From: a virus
Lineage: Duplodnaviria > Caudoviricetes
Reading direction: 5' to 3' (one strand)
Length of the DNA stretch: 64,000 nucleotides
Virus record (IMG/VR): IMGVR_UViG_3300002220_000189
Coordinates: 63,206-127,205 of that record
A model generated the notes under the pieces. That model ran no database searches. It was not told the DNA's origin and worked only from the letters and a program-made list of their open reading frames with translations. The position numbers were made by a program, and so were the translations under genes. This document shows, piece by piece, positions 38,854 to 49,011 of this stretch (positions within the stretch are counted from its first letter, which is position 1; each line of letters starts with the position of its first letter).

Positions 38854-40050
38854 TTACGATGGTAAATTGTACACTCCAATTTTTTGGTAGTACAAATTAG
38901 AACCAAAGATGTGTTCATGTAATGCGTATCTGCTCATCAAACCAATAGTTGGATGGAATGATTGTTCAAATACTGTTTTACTTACAAGTAACTGAATATA
39001 TGGTAAATAAATAATACCAGCATCATATTCACTTGGTCCTTTATACCCTACTGTAGCATAATCAGATGCTGCAAATGTGTCTCTATATACAGAAATTCTA
39101 CCATCAAGAGAACCCATTTTTGATACTCCTGCTACAAGAACATTAGTATCATTTTCTACAGGCCATACAACAAATGATGAAAGACTTTCAAGTGCTGCAC
39201 ATACATTAGGTGAACAAACAACAAAATTGCCCGCTCCTCTTCTTGTCAATACTGCAATTCTCTGTGCTTTTCTAATAATCATATTGTATAATGTTCTGTA
39301 TTTTTCTGACTGCCATCTACCATCTGCATCTGTTGGGCTATCATAATCCCATGAACTTGATACTGCAACTGTGTTCATTTTATTTACAATCTCACGATCA
39401 ATTTCTGCCGTAATTTCATATGCTAAAATGTCCATCATTTCTTCTTCAAGATCAAGACCATGCATTGCCTTTAAATCTTGTGCTACTTCTAATGACCATC
39501 TACTTCTCAATTTTCTGGTTTTTGCTTCAACTTGTGCTTTTTCAATAGTCAAATTTACTTCACTGATAGCGGTTCCTGAACCAACACCAAGACCGATATC
39601 GCCTGTTACATTAGAACCTCTAATTTCACCAGCTGATGTTACAAGACCTACACCTGTTGTTGCTCCACCCGCATCACCTGTATACCCCTGATCTACAGTA
39701 TTATATCCAAGTTCTACATTTGAAGATGAATTATAAGTCTGACCTGCTCTAAATCTAAGAGCGAATGCCAATCCTACAGGTCCTGTCATAGGCTGAACAC
39801 CAACAATCTGATGTGCAATCAATTCAGGAAATGTTCTTCGTACCATTGGAATAGCAATCTGATGAAAATCACCCGATGTTGCATAACCCGAATTACCTCT
39901 ACCGATTTCACTGTAATTACCGGTTTCTGTTAAATATTTACTCTCATTTTCTAACATAAGAGCGGTTGATTTTTCAATCTTTTTATTAGTGATTTTCTTG
40001 CCTTCTCCAAGAATCTCACCCCATTTGTCAACCAAAGTTTTTAAATCCAT
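38854..40050 (-). CDS. gp23: Major capsid protein
   Basis: GVQPMTGPVGLAFALR, KTRKLRSRWSLEVAQDLKAMHGLD, YKGPSEYDAG. Confidence 0.97.
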   Translation of the reverse strand: MDLKTLVDKWGEILGEGKKITNKKIEKSTALMLENESKYLTETGNYSEIGRGNSGYATSGDFHQIAIPMVRRTFPELIAHQIVGVQPMTGPVGLAFALRFRAGQTYNSSSNVELGYNTVDQGYTGDAGGATTGVGLVTSAGEIRGSNVTGDIGLGVGSGTAISEVNLTIEKAQVEAKTRKLRSRWSLEVAQDLKAMHGLDLEEEMMDILAYEITAEIDREIVNKMNTVAVSSSWDYDSPTDADGRWQSEKYRTLYNMIIRKAQRIAVLTRRGAGNFVVCSPNVCAALESLSSFVVWPVENDTNVLVAGVSKMGSLDGRISVYRDTFAASDYATVGYKGPSEYDAGIIYLPYIQLLVSKTVFEQSFHPTIGLMSRYALHEHIFGSNLYYQKIGVYNLPS

Positions 40051-40080
40051 TTTTATAAATTCCTCCTAATAATTTCTGCC

Positions 40081-40998
40081 TTAAAATTTATTCTCTTTTA
40101 AAATCTGTTTCCAGCGTTCCATTTGTTTCTTGAAAGGATCTGTATTTTCTTCTACTTCTTCTGGTTCTTGTGCATTACCAGCAACACCTTCTGCAGCAAC
40201 TTCCATCGCACCCTCACCATCAGTTTTTGCTGGATCTACTGATGCTACAGCATCTTCCATTTTTGCACCACATTTAGGACAAACCATTGTTCCTTCTGCA
40301 CCCTGTGCTGTATATATAGCACCACATGCATCACAAATATTTACATTTGTTGCACCTTCTGCTTCTGGTTCTTCTGATCCAGGTGCTACTTCTTCTAATA
40401 CAATACCGTCAACAACATACTTAAATTTTCTATCAATTTCACCTTTATCGGTTATATCACCAAGAATATTTAAAACTTTTATTCTTTTTGATTCTGTTAA
40501 ACCATCACATTTCTTTCTAAGATAAAGATTTGCGGCAAGTTCTTTAGCATCTGATTCAAGTTCCATCTTTTTACCAGTAAGTTCATTTACTTCTTTTTTA
40601 AGATTCAAAATTTCTTCTTTTGCTTCTTTCAAAAGACTTTTTACTTCATCATCAAGTACACCCTCATCAATAGCTAAACGAACTTTAAACTGCTCAATAA
40701 GTTCATCATACAATTCTCCCTTACGAGCATATTTTAATACCTTTTCTGGAATTTCAAGTTCTTCATCAAGAACAGAATCAACAAAACTTGAAAATTTTGA
40801 TGTAATATCACCCTTATAATCTTCAAATTTCTTTTCAAAATCTGCAACAAGAAGTTCTTTTTCTTCAGCTAAAAGACTATCTGCTCTTTCTCTTGCCTTC
40901 ACATCTATTATTTCATTCAATTTTTCTTTAAGTGAAGATTGCTGTGATTCATCAAGTCTCTCAACACCTAAAAGTTTCATGATTTCATCTAATTTCAT
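40081..40998 (-). CDS. gp22: Prohead core scaffold protein with a zinc-ribbon insert
   Basis: Acidic coiled coil upstream of gp23; GLTESK; CDAC...CPKC. Confidence 0.8.
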   Translation of the reverse strand: MKLDEIMKLLGVERLDESQQSSLKEKLNEIIDVKARERADSLLAEEKELLVADFEKKFEDYKGDITSKFSSFVDSVLDEELEIPEKVLKYARKGELYDELIEQFKVRLAIDEGVLDDEVKSLLKEAKEEILNLKKEVNELTGKKMELESDAKELAANLYLRKKCDGLTESKRIKVLNILGDITDKGEIDRKFKYVVDGIVLEEVAPGSEEPEAEGATNVNICDACGAIYTAQGAEGTMVCPKCGAKMEDAVASVDPAKTDGEGAMEVAAEGVAGNAQEPEEVEENTDPFKKQMERWKQILKENKF

Positions 40999-41028
40999 TT
41001 ACTTATAATCCTCCTAGATTAATTATTA

Positions 41029-41463
41029 TTATTTAGATTTTTTTGTTGGTTTTTTACTTTTTTTCGTTTTTCCTTCAAAAATAAGGGGTTTTCGTTTATA
41101 TAGTTTTTTATTATCAGCAATAGTTATATCATTTTCATCATAACCATATAAATCTTCATCTCCAATCTCTGGAATAGCTTCTGGTGATTCAGGTGATAAT
41201 GGTCCATCACTAACATCATCTGTTTCTGGCTCCATTATATAATCATCTACTGGAAGTTCATCAATATCATTTTCTATAATAGTAAAATTAGATGATATAA
41301 TTCTATCCTTCAATGCAATCTGATCTTCATCCAAATAATCATCATCAAGACTATTCAAAAGCTCCATAACATCAGCATTTAAATCACTAACTTCTGATTG
41401 CTCTTTTATTAATTTTTTCTTATTTCTGGATAAAAATTCATCAATTTTACTAGTAATATTCAT
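41029..41463 (-). CDS. Acidic hypothetical protein, possible head component
   Basis: In the head operon; MNITSKIDEFL. Confidence 0.55.
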   Translation of the reverse strand: MNITSKIDEFLSRNKKKLIKEQSEVSDLNADVMELLNSLDDDYLDEDQIALKDRIISSNFTIIENDIDELPVDDYIMEPETDDVSDGPLSPESPEAIPEIGDEDLYGYDENDITIADNKKLYKRKPLIFEGKTKKSKKPTKKSK

Positions 41464-41508
41464 CTTTTAATTCTCCTAAAGAATGTAAGTTTTCTAATAA
41501 TTAAAATA

Positions 41509-41760
41509 TTAAGATTTAGAATTTTTCTTCATCATATTAATTATTTCAGTTCCGATATCATTCACTAAACCAACTAACTTCTGAATATCTTTAGCAACAT
41601 AACTCCATATCTCTGTTCCTCTTTTAGAATCATACTGTCTAGTTAATTTCCACATTCTATCAAATTGACTATCTAGTCCAGAGAAAATTTTCTCAAAATT
41701 TTCTAATTCTTTATTATCAGTTGCTTCACCAAGATATTTGTCAATCTTGTTCTCAATCAT
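41509..41760 (-). CDS. Hypothetical protein, possible internal head protein
   Basis: MIENKIDKYLGEA. Confidence 0.55.
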   Translation of the reverse strand: MIENKIDKYLGEATDNKELENFEKIFSGLDSQFDRMWKLTRQYDSKRGTEIWSYVAKDIQKLVGLVNDIGTEIINMMKKNSKS

Positions 41761-42383
41761 TATAATGACCTCTCAATATTTTCCAATACTTGCCATACAT
41801 GCTTATGGTAGATATCCTTCACTTCTTTCATATCAATTTCTGGTTCTTCAATAATTTTCTTATTTGAACCATTTTTTATTTCAAAATCTTGTCCTTCATA
41901 TATTCCTTTCACCCAACTTGGATGATTTGATGGATCTGTTACTAAATCCCAAGTAATCAAATGAAAATCCTCATTTACATAATAATCAACTTCATTTACT
42001 GTTCCTAGTCCCCTACTTGAAATACCTAAATTACCTTCTCTGATAAGAACTTTAGCATTTCTACCACTATCAGTATCTACAACCTTAGCCCTTCCTTCAA
42101 GGTTATTTTCGTCATGCCATGATAATTGTTCAATAAGAATAGCAATTTTATCTGGATTCACTTCAGGTGTAGGCGGATGGCCAAGTTCACCCCAAAGACA
42201 TTTATTTTTAACTTTTTCCATAATTTTATTAACTTCTCTATTTAAGATATTTTTTTTATATCTTCTACCATTATTATTCATAATTTCGGCAGAACTAAAA
42301 ATACCATCTATATAAAGATTGCCAGATTCGCTTTCTTTAACCTGAACATTATGTGATAACTCCGTAATAAGCTTTAATCTCAT
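41760..42383 (-). CDS. gp21: Prohead core protease
   Basis: GIF...NNNGRRY, GELGHP, LGISSRGLG, DLVTDPS. Confidence 0.95.
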   Translation of the reverse strand: MRLKLITELSHNVQVKESESGNLYIDGIFSSAEIMNNNGRRYKKNILNREVNKIMEKVKNKCLWGELGHPPTPEVNPDKIAILIEQLSWHDENNLEGRAKVVDTDSGRNAKVLIREGNLGISSRGLGTVNEVDYYVNEDFHLITWDLVTDPSNHPSWVKGIYEGQDFEIKNGSNKKIIEEPEIDMKEVKDIYHKHVWQVLENIERSL

Positions 42384-42404
42384 TTTATTTTATCCTCTAT
42401 TATT

Positions 42405-42719
42405 TTAGTCTGTTTCTGATACACCAGAACCAAATCTACTAGTATAGGCGTCAGCAACAGCTTTCCATATAATTTTAGATTTTAATGGAAAATTTGTTAC
42501 AAGTGATGAAAGCATATCAAAAGCTTCCTGATATTTTTGTGGTGTATTAGCTCTTTCAAACTTATATTGAATTCTTCTCATTCCAGTAGTTAAACTTGCC
42601 ATAGAACTAGCATCACCAGATGACATATCCAACTCTTTTAAGTATTTCTTAATAACTGTTTTATCTCCAGATTTAAATTTTTTCAAATCTTCTTCATTTA
42701 AAGATCCTATATACTTCAT
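42405..42719 (-). CDS. Hypothetical prohead-region protein
   Basis: Between portal and protease. Confidence 0.55.
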   Translation of the reverse strand: MKYIGSLNEEDLKKFKSGDKTVIKKYLKELDMSSGDASSMASLTTGMRRIQYKFERANTPQKYQEAFDMLSSLVTNFPLKSKIIWKAVADAYTSRFGSGVSETD

Positions 42720-42739
42720 TTATATACTCCTCCTATTTC

Positions 42740-42958
42740 TTATGCATTTAATTTTTTATTAATAACATCTTCTGTTTTTGTTTTAGAAACAGGTTGATCA
42801 ATAATGTCTTTTTGTAAACCAAGTTTATTTTTCAAAAATTCATTCTTAGCTTTAAGAATTTGTCCTCTTAATTTTTCTTTGGCACTAAGAAAATCATCAT
42901 CTTCAAAAAAATCTAACGCTGATTTTATTTCTTTCTCATCCATATCAAATGCCTCCAC
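42740..42958 (-). CDS. Prohead core protein (gp67-like by position)
   Basis: Short ORF after the portal; late promoter upstream. Confidence 0.45.
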   Translation of the reverse strand: MEAFDMDEKEIKSALDFFEDDDFLSAKEKLRGQILKAKNEFLKNKLGLQKDIIDQPVSKTKTEDVINKKLNA

Positions 42959-42965
42959 ACATTTT

Positions 42966-42973
42966 TATTTATA
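42966..42973 (-). promoter_or_regulatory. Late promoter TATAAATA
   Basis: Exact motif, intergenic. Confidence 0.6.
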
Positions 42974-43025
42974 AAATTCTGTAATTATAATAATTTTATT
43001 ACATTTATTATATTATATAATACTT

Positions 43026-45770
43026 TTATTGAACCATATTCATTAAATCTTCTTCTGTCATTTCAGATTCTCCATTTTCACTACCAGCACCTATATTTCC
43101 ACTATTAGCTTCTGCGAATTCATCATTAGTAGTCAATAAATATTGTTTATCTTTCTTAAATCCTGCTTTATTATCCTTTAAATCCAAATCAGTCCATTTT
43201 AAATATCGTTTTATTAAATAATATTTAGAAAACTCTGCATTATTAGATAATGCATTATAATTATTAAATGATTGTTCTAAAAATGCCTGTTCCATAGATT
43301 GTCTATAGTGGGAAGGTGGGGTCATTTTTAATTCAAAACTTCCTTTATTTAATTTATACTGTTTTTTTAAACCTTTAAATTCCAAATGTAATAAAAATAA
43401 ATCTTCAAATTCTCTACAGAATATGTTTTGTTGTCTTTCAAGAAATTTAGCCCATTTTATTTCATCTCTTGTTATTTGACCAGCATTAGATCCACCAAAA
43501 ACTATATTAGCAGATTGCCCTTCACTTTGTTGTTCTACTCTTGACATAGGATATTTTAATGCTCTATAAAGTTTTTTAGCGAAATAATATACATCATCAA
43601 GTTCAGTAAACCCTTTTACATTACCACCAACAGCCTCAATACTTGAACCTCTACCATCACTTGATGTTGGCAAAAAGAAATTTTCCAAAATACTATTACT
43701 GGCAAAGGATAATTTTGCGCCTTTAAAAGATATTGCGAAATTATGATTTCCCTCTACTTCAATACAACCACAGTCATCTCTTTCATCCAAATATTCAATT
43801 CTTACTACTCTATGATTCATATATCCTGCAAAATTCATTCTGAAATCAACATAATCATCAAACCCCATTTCATCAACCATTCGTAACAATATTCCTTTGT
43901 TTAAATGATCAAATTGTTTATTATTAATACATTGATCTTTATTCAATTCTTCCAAATAACCCATAAATTGTTCATTATTACTCAATACTTTCAATAATTT
44001 ATCTCTTGAACATGAACCAGATTCAATAAAAATATCACACATCATTTTAATAGCTGTTTCATCAATCAAAAATGATTTCTTTTTGCTAAAATTAGTTCTA
44101 TTCTCTTCATTTGAAAACCATTCAGTCTTATGTTTTCTAGCAGCCTCTTTTTGTCTTTCTCTTACTTCTGGTATATTGAGAACTTCCAGCATTTTTGCTG
44201 CTTTGTTTTGTATAATATTGGTTTTTGTAACCCATTCGGAATGTTTTTTTCTATATTCAGGATCTTTAAACATCTTTTTAACATTTTCACCATGCATGTG
44301 ATGGTGTTCTTCGTTTGTCATAATTTGTAAATTATCCGGTGAATTATTAAATCTATCAAAATTTTTGTGATGAACTATACCACTATATTTACCATAAATA
44401 TTATTTGCAACAACTCTATGTGTAAATCTCCATTTATCATCTGATGGTGTATATACTTGCTCATACTCAACTTTCTTAGTACCCATAAAACCCATTCTAG
44501 TATATAATGGCATCAATGCAGTACCCTCCTGTAACATATCAGCTCTACATTCACTACCATCTCTAAGAATAAATTTATGATCTGGTGTAGTATCAATAAA
44601 TGCACCATTATCATAATGAACCCTAACCATTTGTTCATTAGGACGCGTTATCATTGCTCTCTTTATTTTACCCGGTTCAATGTTATGTGTTTCTTTATTT
44701 ACGGTATATACCCAATGTTCCTTTCCTTCATTATGTTCCTTAATAATTTCATCTAATGTAAGAAATCTACCATCTAATAAAGGAATTTCTGTATCATGTC
44801 TAATACAAAGAACTTCTGGTTCTTGTGTAAGATTACCAGTTGTAGGATCATATGATTGCTTTTTAATAAATTTTGTTTTGATTTTCTCAACAAATTTCAT
44901 GGCCTTATCACGTGGCATGTTACCAGTATCAATCTTGAAAACTAATCTTTCTGGTGAACGAACAATTCTGTAAATAATTACAGATGTTTCTAATAATTTT
45001 AATTGATTATATGGAACTTTAGCCTTTTCAAGAAATCCAAGTACATCATATCTTGTAACACCATATAAACCATAATTAATATATCCTATTTGTGCTGGTT
45101 CAAATATAATTATTTTTCCTTTATTTTGCTCAGCCTCTGCTCTGCTACTAGGTTTTTTAGAACTTTGTGTCAAATATTGATAAAATGTTGTAATCTTACC
45201 TGTTTTTGGATCATATTCTATATCCATAGTTTCTGAAGGTAATTTTTTAATATTTGCAATTCCATCTCTATTATTTATACTTAATATTCTTTCATAATAT
45301 AATCTACCATCTACTAAAAATGTTCTGAACAAATCCCAAATTTTATTATCTATATCAAGTCTATTATAAAAAAGTTCATTAAATTCACTATGTAAAATAT
45401 TAGTAATATTCTCATTTCTACTAAGTGTTTCGTCCCTAATATCAAGAATAAATGTACCATCGTCTGTACTATCTATTTGTGTAGCTTCATTACATGCATC
45501 TTCAATAATATCGGCTATTTCTGGAGCATCGGCCATACTTCTGTACGTCATAATTTTATTAACTTCATTTTGATGCATTTTATTAATGTAGCGATTATAA
45601 AATTTATTAAGTGTAAGTGTACCTACTTGGCCATATCCTTCAAGAAAGGCCAGATCGTCAATACCTTCACCACCTGGATCTCCTTTGGTAAGTTTACTAC
45701 CAGCTTTATTCTCAAAAGCTTTTATCGCTTCATCAATTCTTTTATTGAAATACTTATCAAACCACGCCAT
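43026..45770 (-). CDS. gp20: Portal protein with intein
   Basis: YRSMA..PEI, VDGRLYY, NQLKLLE.SVIIYRIVRSPERLVFKIDTGNMP, LYRALKYP.SR, ITRDEIKW. Confidence 0.95.
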   Translation of the reverse strand: MAWFDKYFNKRIDEAIKAFENKAGSKLTKGDPGGEGIDDLAFLEGYGQVGTLTLNKFYNRYINKMHQNEVNKIMTYRSMADAPEIADIIEDACNEATQIDSTDDGTFILDIRDETLSRNENITNILHSEFNELFYNRLDIDNKIWDLFRTFLVDGRLYYERILSINNRDGIANIKKLPSETMDIEYDPKTGKITTFYQYLTQSSKKPSSRAEAEQNKGKIIIFEPAQIGYINYGLYGVTRYDVLGFLEKAKVPYNQLKLLETSVIIYRIVRSPERLVFKIDTGNMPRDKAMKFVEKIKTKFIKKQSYDPTTGNLTQEPEVLCIRHDTEIPLLDGRFLTLDEIIKEHNEGKEHWVYTVNKETHNIEPGKIKRAMITRPNEQMVRVHYDNGAFIDTTPDHKFILRDGSECRADMLQEGTALMPLYTRMGFMGTKKVEYEQVYTPSDDKWRFTHRVVANNIYGKYSGIVHHKNFDRFNNSPDNLQIMTNEEHHHMHGENVKKMFKDPEYRKKHSEWVTKTNIIQNKAAKMLEVLNIPEVRERQKEAARKHKTEWFSNEENRTNFSKKKSFLIDETAIKMMCDIFIESGSCSRDKLLKVLSNNEQFMGYLEELNKDQCINNKQFDHLNKGILLRMVDEMGFDDYVDFRMNFAGYMNHRVVRIEYLDERDDCGCIEVEGNHNFAISFKGAKLSFASNSILENFFLPTSSDGRGSSIEAVGGNVKGFTELDDVYYFAKKLYRALKYPMSRVEQQSEGQSANIVFGGSNAGQITRDEIKWAKFLERQQNIFCREFEDLFLLHLEFKGLKKQYKLNKGSFELKMTPPSHYRQSMEQAFLEQSFNNYNALSNNAEFSKYYLIKRYLKWTDLDLKDNKAGFKKDKQYLLTTNDEFAEANSGNIGAGSENGESEMTEEDLMNMVQ
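43695..44807 (-). mobile_element. 371-aa intein with HNH endonuclease in the portal
   Basis: EVL|CIRHDTEIPLLDG; TTPDHKF; VHHKNFDRFNNSPDNL; GCIEVEGNHNF...FASN|SILENFFLP. Confidence 0.9.
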
Positions 45771-45790
45771 TTATTTTTCCTCTATATATT
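45742..45790. repeat. 49-bp perfect direct repeat, copy 1 (portal RBS and first codons)
   Basis: ttattgaaatacttatcaaaccacgccatttatttttcctctatatatt, identical at 48647-48695. Confidence 0.92.
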
Positions 45791-46368
45791 TTAATTCTTT
45801 CATCAAATACAGTTGTCAAAATTGTTGATATTTTAATTTCTGGACGCCAAAAATAAATGGATTTTAACCCAGCTTTCAATTTTAAACACCCCATAAATTG
45901 ATAAAGATGATCATATTCTTCCCAAACCATTGGTAAAAAAAGAGATTTATATGACATATATTCAAATATTACACCGTGATATGGTGGGTATATAATATTT
46001 ACTAAATCTGATTCGTTTATCCCGTAATATTCTTTAATATGTGTAATAATATTTATAACAATTTTTACTTTGTCAGTATTTTTCTCCAATAATTTACAGT
46101 ATCGTATATCTCGAAATGCGGCCAATTTGGTAGATAATATAATACCATCATATACCGACATTTTTTTATCAAAAATATTACCCATGCATCCCATTATCAT
46201 ATTATTACTATTATAAATAGTCGAATATACTGGATAATCTATAGAACTTAGATATTCATCTTTAGGTATCTCTATAGAGTTATCAAATTCATTCTTCAAA
46301 GATGCCTTAGCAATATTTATAATATTCGTTTCATTTATCATATTCTTTTCATTTATCATATTATTCAA
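45757..46368 (-). CDS. AMMECR1-domain protein
   Basis: MGCMG...AAFRDIRY...HGVI...SLFLPMVWEE...LKLKAGL. Confidence 0.8.
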   Translation of the reverse strand: MNNMINEKNMINETNIINIAKASLKNEFDNSIEIPKDEYLSSIDYPVYSTIYNSNNMIMGCMGNIFDKKMSVYDGIILSTKLAAFRDIRYCKLLEKNTDKVKIVINIITHIKEYYGINESDLVNIIYPPYHGVIFEYMSYKSLFLPMVWEEYDHLYQFMGCLKLKAGLKSIYFWRPEIKISTILTTVFDERIKIYRGKINGVV

Positions 46369-47935
46369 TTATTTCAAATAAATATAAAAACCCATCATGT
46401 GAAGTAAAATATAATCTATTTTCATCAATTATAGGAAATGTTTTAATGCACCTATCGGTTTTATATGACCATAATTTTTCACCATTTTCAACAGATATAG
46501 CATAAATTGAACCACTATTACAGCCTATAAATACAATATTTTTATATAATGCTGAACCACCAACAATAACATCATCTAATGATGTTATCCAAAGAATATT
46601 ACCCTCGAAATCTACTTTGAACACTTTATGAGAATCTGTTCCAATAATTATACCATCCTCTAAAATTGTAGGTGTAAATCGTATCTGCCTTCCAAGTCTT
46701 TTACACCATATTTTACTACCAGTATTGATATCTAAACAATATAAATAACCATCAAAAGAAGAAGCAAAAACAAATTTTTGTGAAATTATTATATTCTTTA
46801 CAGGACCTCCTGTTTTATAAATCCATTTTGATAATCCATTTACAATGTATACATTATATACACATCCATCATTAGAGCCAACTATTATGGTATTTTTGTA
46901 AGCCAAAGGATTACAAGGTATTGGTCCTTCTGTTTTAAATTCCCAGTTTACATCCCATGAATCCTTCTCTAAACTCAACATACTACCCACAAAATCACCA
47001 TTTTTTCTATAATACTCTGTTGGAATAATAATACTCTTATCTGTTATTATAGAAGAACCATGTATTTGATGGATTATTTTTTTTGATTTCATTTCTTTTG
47101 TTTGAATAGAATATCTATATAAATGTCCTGAATAAGATCCAAAATATATATCTTTATCATGAAATACAGGACACGATCTAGCACCTCTCAGATGAAAATC
47201 TAAATCATATTCTTTTAATACAGTACCTTTATTTTTATCAATAATACAAAATGTTGATCGATCTGTCGGTAAATATATATTATTATCTATAATCATCACT
47301 TTTGGTTGAATAGTATCATCAATAGGATTATTTATCATTATTTTCCATATTAACTTAATATTTAATTTAAGTAATACGGGATTAAACTTCATACCTAGTT
47401 CATTCAAATCATATTCATATTCAAAATTTATATTACTATTTTTAAACTTCTCATGCCCATCTCTTAAAAAGTTAATAAGAAAACAACATCCTACAATGTT
47501 AGAGTTTATTTGATCAATATAATTGTAAGCTAATTCACATGAATATCCTGAATTAAGAATATCATCCACTATAACAACTCTATCATGTAACATTGGTAAA
47601 TATCCACTATATATTTTTCTTGTACCATATTCTTTTCTATTTTTATGAAAGATACATATTTTCATATCTTCATAATTATCGTCTATTGCCGCATCTATTA
47701 TAGATAATGCAAGTGGCGTTCCTGCAAAATCTAACCCCATAATGACAGTTGGTTCATATTTTTTAATTCTATTCCATAACAAAATTCCCATATATTTTCT
47801 ACATTTTGTTTTCAAAGATATTTCTCTAATATCAAAAATCCATCTTATAGGATTTTTATTTCTCCCATATCCCTGCCCCACCTTCAATGCAGTATTTAAT
47901 AATTCCTTTTTTACATATTCTCTTATATTATACAT
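46361..47935 (-). CDS. Type I phosphoribosyltransferase (PyrE-like) fused to a PQQ/BamB-like beta-propeller
   Basis: RKEYGT, VVIVDDILNSGYS (PRPP loop); repeated GSxDGxxYxxxxxxGxxxW blades. Confidence 0.82.
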   Translation of the reverse strand: MYNIREYVKKELLNTALKVGQGYGRNKNPIRWIFDIREISLKTKCRKYMGILLWNRIKKYEPTVIMGLDFAGTPLALSIIDAAIDDNYEDMKICIFHKNRKEYGTRKIYSGYLPMLHDRVVIVDDILNSGYSCELAYNYIDQINSNIVGCCFLINFLRDGHEKFKNSNINFEYEYDLNELGMKFNPVLLKLNIKLIWKIMINNPIDDTIQPKVMIIDNNIYLPTDRSTFCIIDKNKGTVLKEYDLDFHLRGARSCPVFHDKDIYFGSYSGHLYRYSIQTKEMKSKKIIHQIHGSSIITDKSIIIPTEYYRKNGDFVGSMLSLEKDSWDVNWEFKTEGPIPCNPLAYKNTIIVGSNDGCVYNVYIVNGLSKWIYKTGGPVKNIIISQKFVFASSFDGYLYCLDINTGSKIWCKRLGRQIRFTPTILEDGIIIGTDSHKVFKVDFEGNILWITSLDDVIVGGSALYKNIVFIGCNSGSIYAISVENGEKLWSYKTDRCIKTFPIIDENRLYFTSHDGFLYLFEIIE

Positions 47936-48630
47936 TATTTTATTTCCATATGATATGAATATATTTCATCTATAGATTGTAATTCTTGTAGATCGTTTTT
48001 TATGTTATTTACAACTTGTTTAGCCTTTATTATTGCAGTATAATATACATAATGTTTTATTATCATTTTCAAAACTTTTGTAAAATCATCTACAAATATT
48101 TTAAACTCAGGAATTAATCCTGAGATATCAAATTTGTCTAATGAATGATAAAAATAAAAAATATTCTGGAAACTATCAAATTCACAAATGGGGATTGATT
48201 TTATAATGATATTTTCTATTTCTTCAATAGAATATTCTTTGTTAGACAATTTAATAATTCGTAAAGCCATATCCCTATCATTATGCAACGTAATTTGTTT
48301 CCAGATTGGGAATTCATCAAGAATAATTTTATTAATTTTATTGTTATAAACTAAATTTTTTATTTTACAAAAATCTTCCACTTCAATAACAAATAACCAT
48401 TTATTATCCTTTTTAATGAAACATGGTATTTTTTTCAAATATTCTGAATATTGTTCTATAAAATTAGCATTAGTATAATTTGATATAAATTCATCATTAT
48501 AATTTATAACTTCATTCTCACTTATAATAACATCATAGATTGTATCGTGTATTGTAATTGCGTCTTTTGAAAAATCCATCAAAAAACATTTTTTTGAATT
48601 AACATCATATAACAATTTAAAATATTTCAT
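47935..48630 (-). CDS. Hypothetical protein with weak resemblance to tail-fibre assembly proteins
   Basis: IILDEFPIWKQ...IKNDLQELQSIDEI. Confidence 0.45.
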   Translation of the reverse strand: MKYFKLLYDVNSKKCFLMDFSKDAITIHDTIYDVIISENEVINYNDEFISNYTNANFIEQYSEYLKKIPCFIKKDNKWLFVIEVEDFCKIKNLVYNNKINKIILDEFPIWKQITLHNDRDMALRIIKLSNKEYSIEEIENIIIKSIPICEFDSFQNIFYFYHSLDKFDISGLIPEFKIFVDDFTKVLKMIIKHYVYYTAIIKAKQVVNNIKNDLQELQSIDEIYSYHMEIK

Positions 48631-48646
48631 CTATTAAATCCCTCCA

Positions 48647-48695
48647 TTATTGAAATACTTATCAAACCACGCCATTTATTTTTCCTCTATATATT
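48647..48695. repeat. 49-bp perfect direct repeat, copy 2
   Basis: Identical to 45742-45790; creates mini-ORF MAWFDKYFNNGGI*. Confidence 0.92.
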
Positions 48696-48996
48696 GTAAA
48701 TTATTTTCTAATTGTTCTATTTTTCTTCTTTCTATTTCATTTACTATACCAGAAAATACATTCATAACCTTATTAGATTCATTTCTTTGTTCTTCATTAG
48801 CTTGTTGAACACCTAAAAGTCTAATTTCAAGATTACGCATCATCAATATAAGTCTTCTCGGAGAACAATCTTTAACAAGTTTCGGATCACCTTCTAATGG
48901 CTGCCACCATCCTTCTACATAATTAGGACAATTACTAGGATCACCTCCTAAAAGTTCTAAAAATTTACATTCTTTAGCATTACAAGTATTTTCCAT
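48676..48996 (-). CDS. Hypothetical protein (Cys-containing N-terminus, coiled-coil C-terminus)
   Basis: ORF with RBS. Confidence 0.6.
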   Translation of the reverse strand: MENTCNAKECKFLELLGGDPSNCPNYVEGWWQPLEGDPKLVKDCSPRRLILMMRNLEIRLLGVQQANEEQRNESNKVMNVFSGIVNEIERRKIEQLENNLQYIEEK

Positions 48997-49011
48997 ATTT
49001 ACCTCACATTA

